From a virus, in IMG/VR virus record IMGVR_UViG_3300018080_000165, positions 12,078 to 76,077 of that record: DNA of 64,000 bases; one strand, written 5' to 3'. Shown in pieces: positions 45,487-55,236 of the stretch. Below the pieces are notes generated by a model that was given only the letters and a program-made list of their open reading frames with translations, had not been told where the DNA came from and searched no databases. Positions within the stretch are counted from its first letter, which is position 1. Each line of letters opens with the position of its first letter. The position numbers were made by a program, and so were the translations under genes.

Positions 45487-46460
45487 TTACCCCATAGAGG
45501 GCGGCGGGGGTCTTCTAGGGACTCGTCCTTTGTAGTTCGGTCGTCCCTTGTTTCTTGCCCCGCTCCCTCTAAGTTTGTTGAGCACTTGCAACTTCTCCAC
45601 AAACTGAGAATTGATCCCGCGTTCTTTTGGTCGATCTCCCTTTCCGGCTTCGTCGTACTCTTTCATCACTCGTTTGAACTGTTTCGCGTCGGCATTGACG
45701 CCAAGACGAGTGGCGATGGCCATTTGTTTGATGTCCTCCAACTCCCCCGTGATGACTTCCTTGTACAAGATGCTGATCTCCTCTTCGCTGAACTCCCACA
45801 AGATGTTCCTTATCGTGTACCCGTGCCTTACCAAGCGCGAGATTATTTGCGCGTCGGAGACAGGTTCGGACTGGCGATCTTTTCCATCGTCACCAGTCCG
45901 CTTAGCAGGTTTTTTAGGATGAACTCAAAGTTCTGTTCGAAGATGATCTTTCCAAGTTCAACGATGTCGAAGAACTCAAGTTCATGGACGTAATCGAAAG
46001 CCTCCTTTTCGCTGCTGAAGTTGTACGGCCTTTTGTTGTCATCTGTTTGCGCGAGCGTCTTTGCGATGATTTCCGTCACAGACGCAGAATTGTCCGTGAG
46101 CATCTTTCCGATGTTGTCTTCGGTGAAAATGCCGATCATGGATGAAATGCTGATTGCCAACTCTCCTTGGGGAGAAATCAAACCTCCAAGAGAAGAGCCG
46201 AAAATCTGAACGCCTTGGGGTAGAAGTGTCATTCCCAAGCCCCACGGCCAGCGACGAAGAATCAGTTTCTTCGGGCGCTTTTCCGCGTACATGCCGAGAG
46301 GTTCATACTCTTCTTCTCTCGTCGTAAGAAGTTTCCGAAGCCTTGCCTTTCTTTCTTCTTCGGTTTCTTCCTTCTTCTCAGGAACTTCCTGCTTTGCTTT
46401 TTCTTCTTTTTCCGCCGCCAACTCGTCTACCTTCGTGGCTTCTCCGTTCATGTCAGTCAT
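45487..46460 (-). CDS. Tail assembly chaperones G/GT joined by -1 programmed frameshift
   Basis: G = 45843-46460; A AAA AAC at 45915-45909; -1 frame open into 45487-45834 ORF. Confidence 0.85.
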
Positions 46461-46470
46461 CTCCCGTGAT

Positions 46471-46520
46471 AAATGAAAGAGAGAGAGTGAGGTTCAAGGC
46501 CCTCACTCCCTCTCTCCTTT
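46471..46520 (-). terminator. Hairpin/terminator after tail tube gene
   Basis: GAGAGGGAGTGAGG...CCTCACTCTCTCTC then TTTCATTT. Confidence 0.6.
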
Positions 46521-46554
46521 TCGGACAGTAACAGCCGACAGCACATGCTATCGA

Positions 46555-47370
46555 CTAAATGTTCTGGCCAGCCCCAAGTTGCTGAATGACCCCGTAGGGC
46601 GCACTCGGCGCAGCAAGGCTGTTGTCCAGAATGTCCAGTTCCAACTGGAACGAAGTCCAGTCGTCGCTGTTCCAACTGAAGTCACCAGTCGGATTGATCT
46701 GAACGTTGTCAAACTGTGCGATCATTTCCTGTCCGGTATCCGACACACCGATGAACTGGACCTGCGCAGTCTTGAGAATTTGGGTGAGCGGATTGAAACT
46801 TCTGCTCTCCAAAACATCATGCGTGTAGTCCACTTCAACGAAGTCGCCATCGCCGATGCTGCCAGTGGCAACACGACGGATGGCCTTGTGGCCGAAATGA
46901 TCCTCGATCACGTAGTCGGTCGTGACAGTGAACGCAGCGCCGCCACCATACGGTTCAACAACAACCGAAGAGGCGTTGACACCATCCTTCAGAATGCGCC
47001 TTTCCGTTCCGGTCAGCTTCATCACTTCGGTTGTCACACTCCCACCACCTGGAGAAGCAGCAACGTCCGTGATGTCCCCACCAAGGAAGAAGAGCCGAAG
47101 GTTCTCGGGATCGGCTTCAACGATGGTGACAGTGATGGTCGAAGAGATTTCCTTGACAATCTTTCGATCCTTCACCCGCGTTCCGGTGGACGCGCAGAAG
47201 TGCTCTTGAAAGTCAATCGCTTGTGCGAAAGGAGCCTCTTCGATGCAGCCAAGATCGACAAATCCGCGATACTTAGGCGGAGTTGCGGAAGCATCGAGAA
47301 GTTCGTTCACCCACAAACGAATGCCCCCAAGAGTGTAGTTGTAGGGACTTGGGCGCTCGTAATGAGCCAT
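46555..47370 (-). CDS. Major tail tube protein
   Basis: YTLGGIRLW...FVDLG, NLRLFFLG, F.L.ILD; upstream of chaperone and TMP. Confidence 0.8.
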   Translation of the reverse strand: MAHYERPSPYNYTLGGIRLWVNELLDASATPPKYRGFVDLGCIEEAPFAQAIDFQEHFCASTGTRVKDRKIVKEISSTITVTIVEADPENLRLFFLGGDITDVAASPGGGSVTTEVMKLTGTERRILKDGVNASSVVVEPYGGGAAFTVTTDYVIEDHFGHKAIRRVATGSIGDGDFVEVDYTHDVLESRSFNPLTQILKTAQVQFIGVSDTGQEMIAQFDNVQINPTGDFSWNSDDWTSFQLELDILDNSLAAPSAPYGVIQQLGAGQNI

Positions 47371-47394
47371 TGTTCCACACTCCTGTCTTTGTCC

Positions 47395-47919
47395 TTATCG
47401 AAGGCGTCTCAGTTCCTCAAGGAGAAACTTCCTCGCCTTGGACACAGCCTTTTGCAAGAAACGATTGGGCTTCGCTCCAGGGTGAAGTACGTGAGTGGCA
47501 TATTGCTTGTAGAGATTCCCCTTACCCAATCCCTTCCTTTGTGCTTTGCTCCGTCTTCGACGAAGCGTGTCTGTCCCTTTCCGCAACAAAAAGTTCTTGT
47601 TAGGAAAGGCCAGTATTCCCCCCGCCCTCTTTGCGAAGATGAAGTTCGGGCCGAAGCCTTCAGTCAACGGCAACAAGTGCGGGGCATCCGAAACGACAGT
47701 AACGCTATCGCCACGGACGACAACACGGAGAGAATCGACTAGTCCTTTTCCTGTTTCTCTACGATAAGGACCGGGAGCATTCTTATCCCCGCGCGGTGCG
47801 GTTCTTCGAATCTCCTTTTCGAGTCTCACACCAACATTCCGCAACGCCTCGCGGAATTCTCTGCGGGCACGCTGTTTGTCAGTCCCAAGCATGACTGCCA
47901 ATCTGCTTTCAGCCATCAT
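47395..47919 (-). CDS. Neck/tail completion protein (HK97 gp10-like)
   Basis: AP...TG..L..S, HPG.KPNRFL. Confidence 0.7.
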   Translation of the reverse strand: MMAESRLAVMLGTDKQRARREFREALRNVGVRLEKEIRRTAPRGDKNAPGPYRRETGKGLVDSLRVVVRGDSVTVVSDAPHLLPLTEGFGPNFIFAKRAGGILAFPNKNFLLRKGTDTLRRRRSKAQRKGLGKGNLYKQYATHVLHPGAKPNRFLQKAVSKARKFLLEELRRLR

Positions 47920-48398
47920 GGAGTCCTAACATACTTAGTGGCCCACTGACTGCGGAGCCGGTACGTATCCGTTCTCTCATCGAATACGTTATCCTCAACC
48001 GACTCTTGCCGGAAAAGAGCGACATTGATCTTCAAATCCGGCACGGGAGACGGAACCACGGCTTGAAGAAGCCTTGGGGTCACGGCCAACTGAATGGCCC
48101 GGTGAACCAACCAAATGGTTTTCTTCTCCTTCGTCTGCCCTTTGTGAATCACATCGATCTGAACCGTCCCGTCGATCCTTCCGCAAGGATCAACAGTTTC
48201 GGCCAGCATGTTAAACGTTACGGCAGGCAGCTTGCCGTCTGTCAAATCCTCAAGCATCTTGCTGTCGGACGGATAAATCCGATCACCAACAAGCGGCCCA
48301 ACGCCCGTGGTAGGATCGTCAGAAGCCACCAACGCGCGTCTAACAGCTTCCAAAATCTCGTAACTAATCGTTAGTGCCCTCCTCATCTTTATTCCCAT
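47916..48398 (-). CDS. Tail terminator-like protein
   Basis: LVGDRIYP...LPAVTF...VQIDV. Confidence 0.7.
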   Translation of the reverse strand: MGIKMRRALTISYEILEAVRRALVASDDPTTGVGPLVGDRIYPSDSKMLEDLTDGKLPAVTFNMLAETVDPCGRIDGTVQIDVIHKGQTKEKKTIWLVHRAIQLAVTPRLLQAVVPSPVPDLKINVALFRQESVEDNVFDERTDTYRLRSQWATKYVRTP

Positions 48399-48441
48399 TT
48401 CTGACTTGACTATCGCACGATTTTCGTGTAATAGTTAAGAC

Positions 48442-48936
48442 ATGAGATGGAAACAGATTCCAGGCTACGAAGGCTTCTACAGTGTCTCCCACACAGGACT
48501 TGTGAGAAGAGACACTACGGAAAAAATACTCAAGCCTTCGCCAACGGGCAAAACAGGATATGTAAGCGTTGATCTTTCCAAGAAAGGAAAGCGCAAACGC
48601 ATAAACATCCATCGTCTTGTGATGCTTGCCTTCGTCAGTCCTTGCCCTCCTGGCCTTGAAGTCAACCACATTGACGGAAAAAGAACCAACAACAGACGAG
48701 ACAATCTTGAGTACGTCACACGCTCTGAAAACCACCTTAACGCCTACAGAGACAGAGGCGTTAAAGTAAACCAAGGTTCCAACCACGGAATGAGCCGCCT
48801 TACGGAACAAAAAGTGAAACGCATTCGACGCCTTATTCGAAAAGGTTGGAGCCTCAAACGAATAGCCAAGAAGTTCAGAGTTGATCCTTCCTGCATTTCT
48901 AGGATCAAATCCTACGAACTCTGGAAACACGTTTAA
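48442..48936 (+). mobile_element. Free-standing NUMOD4-HNH homing endonuclease
   Basis: WKQIPGYEGFYSVS, HRLV, VNHIDG..NN...NLE; only convincing plus-strand gene. Confidence 0.88.
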
Positions 48937-48950
48937 GTATGACATCTCGG

Positions 48951-49721
48951 TCAGTTCTCCCCGTACCGGCGACACAACAGCCGGTAGAAGTCTTCTCTCG
49001 GATCGAAACGAACGCCGACAACAATGAACTCTTGATCCGCTCCGGTATGATCCGTGTCAAGAATCCTATCTTCCATTGTTGGCCGGAATTCCGTTTCGTC
49101 AAGCAACTTGAATTCTTCCTTCAACGCCCAAAAGACGACATCTCCAACAGCGATGATCCCCGAAAAGATCAACTCGGCTTCCATGTCCACGTCGCTTTTG
49201 TTTACAGTCAGTACGATCTTTTCAACGTCGTCTGTCACTTGCCAAGACGGCCCTGCAAATGTCTGAGCCTTGATTCGCGTGTACACAACACCTTTCAAAT
49301 GGTTGTCTTGGCGAATGAGCATTTCACAGCGTCCACTTGCAGGGTTGTACTCCTTTCGTTTGATCGTGAACAGATTGCCCGATCCAGACGGCCAAGTAAC
49401 CACGGAAAGGATGTTCGGGTTTACATCGTACACACTCAAAAAACGATCCGTGGGAAGAATCAATCCGCCGCTGTTGGCGATTTGTTCGTCATCCAGATTC
49501 GGCACACTGGCGGGAATGGCAGTGTACTGTTTCACCAATTCCCTTCTAGGCCGAATGTTTCCGCTTCCAAGGTCTTCCCGACAAAAAGCGTATTGGTGAA
49601 AGTCTACAAGAGGATCATTCAGCAATGAACGCTCTTGATGGAAAATTGATTTGAGTTCCTCGTTAAAGGTTACGACTTCACGAGGACCAAGCCCCTTTGG
49701 AAAGTTCGGAAGAAGAGCCAA
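48951..49721 (-). CDS. Head-closure/neck protein
   Basis: Position between adaptor and tail terminator. Confidence 0.6.
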   Translation of the reverse strand: MALLPNFPKGLGPREVVTFNEELKSIFHQERSLLNDPLVDFHQYAFCREDLGSGNIRPRRELVKQYTAIPASVPNLDDEQIANSGGLILPTDRFLSVYDVNPNILSVVTWPSGSGNLFTIKRKEYNPASGRCEMLIRQDNHLKGVVYTRIKAQTFAGPSWQVTDDVEKIVLTVNKSDVDMEAELIFSGIIAVGDVVFWALKEEFKLLDETEFRPTMEDRILDTDHTGADQEFIVVGVRFDPREDFYRLLCRRYGEN

Positions 49722-49722
49722 C

Positions 49723-50043
49723 TCAAATCTCCTTCAGCGGAACGATGGGTTTGGTGAACTCGGCGAACACCACATCGTCTGTCACAGGCTCGCATGTGCG
49801 ATGAAAACAATGATCGCACTCTTGGGTAAAATCCTCAAAGATGTCTTTCGGCCATGCCGCGAGATGCTTTCTCAGACAAATGCGACACTTCAACACTCCT
49901 ATGATGTACCTGTCGGGGTCGCCCTTCTCCTTTGGACAGTCAGCCCACGCGCACACGAAATCGTTGGGAACATCGATGTTGATCTCGCCAGCGAGAACGT
50001 CATCGATACATTTATCCCAACGTGCTTCCATCGTGGCGTCCAT
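49723..50043 (-). CDS. Cys-containing hypothetical protein
   Basis: CAWADC...CRIC...CDHC. Confidence 0.55.
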   Translation of the reverse strand: MDATMEARWDKCIDDVLAGEINIDVPNDFVCAWADCPKEKGDPDRYIIGVLKCRICLRKHLAAWPKDIFEDFTQECDHCFHRTCEPVTDDVVFAEFTKPIVPLKEI

Positions 50044-50044
50044 A

Positions 50045-50239
50045 TCACGCTCTCCGATTCTTTTTCCCTGTCCGTTTCTTCGGTACACTTTTTCCACGTC
50101 CGCCCCGGACAAGTTTCTGCGATCCTTTTTCCATCTTCCCTTCTTTCTGAAGGGCAGACGTAGCGATGGCAAAAGCACGGCTTTCGTCGAAGCCTTGCCG
50201 CTTGAGTGCCGCTACTCTCTTGTCAAGAATTCTAGGCAT
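50045..50239 (-). CDS. Small basic ChaB-like protein
   Basis: FDESRAFAIATSALQK plus K/R tail. Confidence 0.55.
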   Translation of the reverse strand: MPRILDKRVAALKRQGFDESRAFAIATSALQKEGKMEKGSQKLVRGGRGKSVPKKRTGKKNRRA

Positions 50240-51044
50240 CTGTCCTCACCTGAAGTTCGTTGGAGATGGCGATGCGCCCATTGTAGTCCGTCGTCCCAAC
50301 GACGATCCAATAGACGGTATCGGGAGTCAAGTCACTCAGTCTAGCGGCGTTCTGCCACTGTTCCTGAGAGATGACAAGAATGGGTTCAAGCCCTTCTCTC
50401 ACGCCTGGATTTGTCAAAGCGGAAGAAAGGCGCGTCTTATCTTCAATCTCAGGAAGCGTATCGATGTAGACAACGTAAGAGTAGAAGTCACTCACCGTTG
50501 CCCGCGTCCACTGGATGTCAATCGTCGTGTCCGTCTTCTTCAACAACTGAAGCGTTGTTTTCGGAGGAGTGTGTTGAACATCCGTAGGAACCATAGCATC
50601 GATCACAATATCTCGCCGGATGAGTTCTCCTTGAAGAATGCTCTCGTCACCGAGAGTGAGTTGAGAATCATCCAAGTAACGTTCGAACTGTTGCCGAAGT
50701 TCCTTTTTGATGAGCGCATTGTTTTTTACGCTTTGGCCTGGATCGGTTTTCCCGACACGAGAATCAATCAGGAAATACTTGGCGAAGTGGAGTAGGCGCG
50801 AATCAGTTACCATCATCGCGGCCCAAAGAAGAATTGCAGGTTCTTCAATGGGTTTCACTTCATCGAAACTTTGAATCTCTTCATTGAAGAGACGAGCGCC
50901 GTCAAAAAGAAACGCCGAGAGTTCATTGTCTGGTAGCTCATCGTGCGGCACGCTTCCCATAGAGCGCAACCGCCCGATGAGTTCCAGACGCTTCGGGGAA
51001 TCGATCACACTGTACTGATCCAGCAACATCACTTCGAAAGACAT
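50232..51044 (-). CDS. Head-tail adaptor-like protein with C-terminal FN3 domain
   Basis: IQWT...Y.VY...LSDLTPDTVYWIVV. Confidence 0.7.
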   Translation of the reverse strand: MSFEVMLLDQYSVIDSPKRLELIGRLRSMGSVPHDELPDNELSAFLFDGARLFNEEIQSFDEVKPIEEPAILLWAAMMVTDSRLLHFAKYFLIDSRVGKTDPGQSVKNNALIKKELRQQFERYLDDSQLTLGDESILQGELIRRDIVIDAMVPTDVQHTPPKTTLQLLKKTDTTIDIQWTRATVSDFYSYVVYIDTLPEIEDKTRLSSALTNPGVREGLEPILVISQEQWQNAARLSDLTPDTVYWIVVGTTDYNGRIAISNELQVRTDA

Positions 51045-51055
51045 CGTAATTCCCC

Positions 51056-51640
51056 TTACTCAAGCGTGATGGCGTTGTCTCCCTCTTCAAGCGCGTCTGC
51101 CACGAAACGGGGGCAAACGTATTTCATCCCGTCGAGAAAGCTGTTGTACACGTCCTGAAAACTAAACGTGCCTATCGTCGGTGCGGGATGGTGCGACTTC
51201 ATGGCGCGAATCGTGACGAGTTCCGTACTGCGCGCCAAAGTCGGATTCGCATCCGTGGGTTGATATGTCTGCATGAACCTTTTCGCCGCGTTGTCGATCT
51301 TCGCTTGAAGAGCTTTTCGCTGACGAACTTTTTCCATCGTGTTCTGCGAGCGAAGACCGCCAGCGGAAAGAACTTCCGAGCCATCTTCTCGCAAAGCAGC
51401 TTCATCCACAAACTCAAACTCGTGCAGAAACTTTCCTGGCCTTGTTGATCGCGGCTGATTCATCTCAGCAACTTTCGCCGGGTTGTTCACGGCAGCGGAA
51501 CTTTGTGGTACGATTGTTTCCGCTGTTGGAGAAGCAGACGGGGACGTGGCAGTAGCCGTGCCCACATCGCCTTTTCCTTCGTCCTTCGGTGCTTCGTTCG
51601 TGCCCGCATTCTTCGGGGGAGTTTTGTTGTCCTTCGCCAT
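51056..51640 (-). CDS. Hypothetical head-module protein
   Basis: AGGAG RBS. Confidence 0.7.
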   Translation of the reverse strand: MAKDNKTPPKNAGTNEAPKDEGKGDVGTATATSPSASPTAETIVPQSSAAVNNPAKVAEMNQPRSTRPGKFLHEFEFVDEAALREDGSEVLSAGGLRSQNTMEKVRQRKALQAKIDNAAKRFMQTYQPTDANPTLARSTELVTIRAMKSHHPAPTIGTFSFQDVYNSFLDGMKYVCPRFVADALEEGDNAITLE

Positions 51641-51726
51641 GGTCTTTCTCCTTTGTTAGTGAAAAATCGACACGGTTGTTTCGAGAGAGTCCACGTGTCA
51701 TTCTCTCTACTCACATCCTCGTCTCC

Positions 51727-52542
51727 CTAGACGAAGGTGACTTTCTTCTGCCCTTGCGAAAGAACCGCCAACGCAGCGGTATTGCTTCCAACACGAGCAG
51801 TCACGTAGACATCTTCCGCCGCCGTGTCGGCGACGTAGCCGCTCACTTTCCCGTCAGCGTCACTCAACATCTCCACACCATCGTTTCCACCTGCCTCCGT
51901 GTCAAGAAGTTGACCAAGAGACATAAGGCCAAGAGCCGTGGTAGCGATGACAACTCCAGAAGCATCCAACGCGGACAGGAACACTTTCTTGTTGGAAAGA
52001 ACATTTCCTTCCTGATCCTGCACGGTGAACTCAAAAGCCCCGCCCGCTTGATCCGCACCACCAACAGCACTTCCCGGAGCAACGGCAGTAGTGAAAACAC
52101 CAGCCAACTTCGCGGCAGCAGCGCCAGTGAAATACATCTTGAAACGACTGGAAGGCATTCGCGCGTTCAGCCGAAGCGTTCCACCGTTGTCTGACGCGGC
52201 GATGTACTTGTCGAAGACGGCATTCGCGGCAAGAAGCGCGGCAAGTTCAGCCGCCGTGGTCGCGGCAGGCGTAGCGCCCACAAGACCATCGATGGAGACT
52301 TTCTTGTACGAAGCCCCGTTGTCTTCGCTGAAGTACGTGTTGAGAAGTTGGTCGGCAGTCACACTCATGTCGTAAGTGCCCGCCCCGGCATCGTGATTGG
52401 TCGCGCCACTGTGCTTTGTGACACCACCAAGGTCCGCTTCGTCAAGAACGCCGCCAATGACTTCAACAGGCGGCGATTCACGTTGAGGTTTATACCCGTC
52501 TCCGAAGACATTTGGATCGGCATCGTTGATTTGTCGGCTCAT
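51727..52542 (-). CDS. Putative head decoration/virion protein
   Basis: Ala/Gly/Thr-rich, follows capsid gene. Confidence 0.65.
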   Translation of the reverse strand: MSRQINDADPNVFGDGYKPQRESPPVEVIGGVLDEADLGGVTKHSGATNHDAGAGTYDMSVTADQLLNTYFSEDNGASYKKVSIDGLVGATPAATTAAELAALLAANAVFDKYIAASDNGGTLRLNARMPSSRFKMYFTGAAAAKLAGVFTTAVAPGSAVGGADQAGGAFEFTVQDQEGNVLSNKKVFLSALDASGVVIATTALGLMSLGQLLDTEAGGNDGVEMLSDADGKVSGYVADTAAEDVYVTARVGSNTAALAVLSQGQKKVTFV

Positions 52543-52554
52543 CCGATTTCTCCT

Positions 52555-52812
52555 TTTAGCACAAAGGAGGATAGGAACGGCTTTGAAACACTCGCCACCG
52601 TTGCCCCTATCCCCCTATGTACTGCGCTCCACAAAACAAGGCAAGGCCGGATTCCGGGGACCATTTGGTCTAAGCGGGTCATGCCCGCCCCCTCCACGCC
52701 ATCATGCACGTACCGGCCAGGGGTCTGAGGAAAGTTCCCCGTGGTGGACATGGAGTGCAGTCCTTTGTGCCACCACGGCATGATGTAACCTCCCTGCACG
52801 GTTGCCTTGCTC
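52555..52812 (-). ncRNA. Candidate structured RNA downstream of capsid gene
   Basis: Nested 8-9 bp helices, a 6-bp pseudoknot and a long 3' hairpin. Confidence 0.55.
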
Positions 52813-52814
52813 AC

Positions 52815-53777
52815 TCACGCAGACTCCAACACCAGACCATGCGCACTTTCGACCAAGCCAGTACCCCAAATGCCGTAGTAGGCAATGGAGTGCTTCCGCC
52901 CATGGTCCTTCACGCCATCGTCCCGCATTTCCGCTTCCAGGGAAATGGCAAGGCCAATCACGTGATCCCCGACGATGAGGGCCGAGTAAACATCGGCGTT
53001 CGTGCTGAACACGCCAGCGTCCACGCCGGTATCCTCGTTGTCGGTGTAGATCGATCCATCGGTGCTCAGAATCTTCCGAACCTGAGTCGTCTCGATGAAA
53101 CGAACGTCTTCGATGCGCCCGATCTCCCCAAGGAAAATCTGATCGGGAGCGCCGTAGTTCGCGGCATTCACCCACGCCTGATCCCGACGAAGGAACTTCG
53201 CCTGATGAGGATGGATGAAACAAATGTAGGCATCCCCGTTGAACTTGGGAGCCTTGTTGGTTGCCAGGGTGGAAACAGCATCACGAATCAAGTCCACGTC
53301 GAAAGTGTCGGAACTCGTGATAGCGGCACGTCCGCTTCTGCCTCGCGCGTACAGCGCGCCAGGAACGGTGTACAGCGTATCGCGGATTTCCGCGTCCCGC
53401 GTCTTGGCGAAGTGCATTCCGAGCAGTTGCGCGGAACTCGCCAAGATGTCATCGAAAGACGAGCGAAGCAACAGTTCGCTCACCCCAATGGCTTTGCCTC
53501 GCTCGCCAACAGCGATGCTAATCTGCGAAGCGGCCAGGGCATCCGGCACGATGTCAACGTTCTCGGTGAGAACATTCGAGCCGGTGAGGGAAGAATACTT
53601 TAGGAACTTGATCGTCAGGCCCGGAAGGACGTTCAACTCTTCCTTCACACTCGCCACCTGTTCAAAGCGCAGCAAGGGTTGCGCCTGGAAGATGATTTCC
53701 TGCGAGTACACTTCCAGGATCGCTTCAGGAAGAGGAGTAGCGCCGCCACCAGACGCGATTGCGGTTGCAATGGCCAT
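52815..53777 (-). CDS. Major capsid protein (N4-gp56-like)
   Basis: FEQVA...G.TIKF.KY..L, HPHQ, GEIGRIEDVRFIET. Confidence 0.9.
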   Translation of the reverse strand: MAIATAIASGGGATPLPEAILEVYSQEIIFQAQPLLRFEQVASVKEELNVLPGLTIKFLKYSSLTGSNVLTENVDIVPDALAASQISIAVGERGKAIGVSELLLRSSFDDILASSAQLLGMHFAKTRDAEIRDTLYTVPGALYARGRSGRAAITSSDTFDVDLIRDAVSTLATNKAPKFNGDAYICFIHPHQAKFLRRDQAWVNAANYGAPDQIFLGEIGRIEDVRFIETTQVRKILSTDGSIYTDNEDTGVDAGVFSTNADVYSALIVGDHVIGLAISLEAEMRDDGVKDHGRKHSIAYYGIWGTGLVESAHGLVLESA

Positions 53778-53813
53778 TGTTCTCTTTCTCCAAACAGTCT
53801 AGTCCCTCAAAGA

Positions 53814-54833
53814 CTATCGGCTTGTAAGAGGATTTGGATTGCGCGGATAAATCTGCCGCACTCTGCTCAAAATCTTCTTACGATTAGCCGCGTAATCTTC
53901 AGGGGACATGTTTCTCACATCCTGGTGAAGTTTTTCTTCTTCGGTTTGCGCCGGGATGCCTTCGACGCCCGAAGTTGCCGGACGGGGAGCAGACAACGGC
54001 GTAGGAGCCGCCGGTTGCACCCCATTTGCAGCGGGGACGCTGTGCGTTTGTGGCATGGTGGCAGTAGGGGTGGTCCCCTGTGGCGTCTGTGCGGATTCAG
54101 ACGATGAAGCATTCGCCGCCGGTTCTGCGCTCGAAATTGCTCCGGCAGGGAAATATCGAGCATAGACAGCCTTTGCCTCAAGAGCACTCGCGCGAAGTTC
54201 TTCTTCCGTCGAGCCTTTCACGAGTTCAGCAACAATCTTCCCACCCGCTTCATCGATGAGTCTTTGACGGAAAGCAGCTAAGCTGTCGCCTTGCAGGGCC
54301 GAGACGCGAGAAGTGAGTTCCCTGATCTCGGTAGTGTACTGTGCACGCTCTTCATCGAACTGCTTCTTCATTGCGGCAGTGGCTTGGGCGGCTGTGTCCT
54401 CGATCAACGCTTGGACATCAAACCCAGGATTATCTTCTTTCTTTGCTTTTGAAGAAGCCTTTTCGACTTTCGCCTTCAGCGTGTCAACAGCACTTTGAAG
54501 TTCAGCGTTCTGATCGGTCAACAGCGTAACGTTCTGCTTGAGAGTTCCGTTCTCCGACTCGTAATGTTCGAGTTTGGAAAGTTTGTCGTACAACTTTTGC
54601 TTCTCTTGCTGCCGAACTTTTTCGAGTTCAGCTTTCACGTCGGCTGGATACTCCGTCTTCGTTTGCCCATCCCATCCACAAGACGGACAACGGGCTTCGG
54701 GAGTCGGAGTAACCTTCTCGACAACAGCAGGCGTTGCCGCTTGATTCCCCTCTGCCCCAAGACGCTTCTTCTCTTCGGCGGCTTGAAGCGCAGCCGTCGC
54801 TTTTGACGCGGGGATTCCACTAGTCGTTTCCAT
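53814..54833 (-). CDS. Capsid scaffolding protein
   Basis: Coiled coil, VRQQEKQKLY, MSPEDYAANRKKIL; upstream of capsid. Confidence 0.8.
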   Translation of the reverse strand: METTSGIPASKATAALQAAEEKKRLGAEGNQAATPAVVEKVTPTPEARCPSCGWDGQTKTEYPADVKAELEKVRQQEKQKLYDKLSKLEHYESENGTLKQNVTLLTDQNAELQSAVDTLKAKVEKASSKAKKEDNPGFDVQALIEDTAAQATAAMKKQFDEERAQYTTEIRELTSRVSALQGDSLAAFRQRLIDEAGGKIVAELVKGSTEEELRASALEAKAVYARYFPAGAISSAEPAANASSSESAQTPQGTTPTATMPQTHSVPAANGVQPAAPTPLSAPRPATSGVEGIPAQTEEEKLHQDVRNMSPEDYAANRKKILSRVRQIYPRNPNPLTSR

Positions 54834-54889
54834 CTCTCGTCTCCTTCTTGTTCTTAGTCAGTAGTCGGCAACTCCACACGATCCACGTA

Positions 54890-55105
54890 CTACCTGCCAG
54901 CGGGCTTCGAACGAACGGTGGTGCCCCTGCCGACAGGCTGAGACAGTCCAGCGCCTTGCATCCGGGTCACGCGCTCGCCGTCCATCTTCGAGCCTTGCTG
55001 CGTGCCCTGTTGCTGGAGCATTCCGGCACGGAACGCCCCTTCCATTACGGACTGATCGCTGCCACCAAGGTAGTCATCGCTCAGACCGTGAGTGAAACGA
55101 GCCAT
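54890..55105 (-). CDS. Small Gly/Gln-rich head-module protein
   Basis: AAGGAG RBS. Confidence 0.6.
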   Translation of the reverse strand: MARFTHGLSDDYLGGSDQSVMEGAFRAGMLQQQGTQQGSKMDGERVTRMQGAGLSQPVGRGTTVRSKPAGR

Positions 55106-55198
55106 GATCTTTCTCCTTCCCGAAACAAGTCTACACGAAACTTCACGATGCGCCGTGCTTCCCAGTCGTCCCTACGCCCACGGTCAGTGCCCTTACGG

Positions 55199-55236
55199 TA
55201 GTGTACCGATTATTCGGTTATCCCCGAAAATGTCAA
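55199..55236 (-). promoter_or_regulatory. Putative promoter overlapped by palindromic operator
   Basis: TTGACA-N16-AATAAT; -10 lies in centre of TGTACCG-N6-CGGT. Confidence 0.5.

Noticed and set aside
52640-52700. Twister ribozyme (GUGGAGGGGGCGG segment)
   Set aside because: Required P2 pairing and UAA cleavage context are absent
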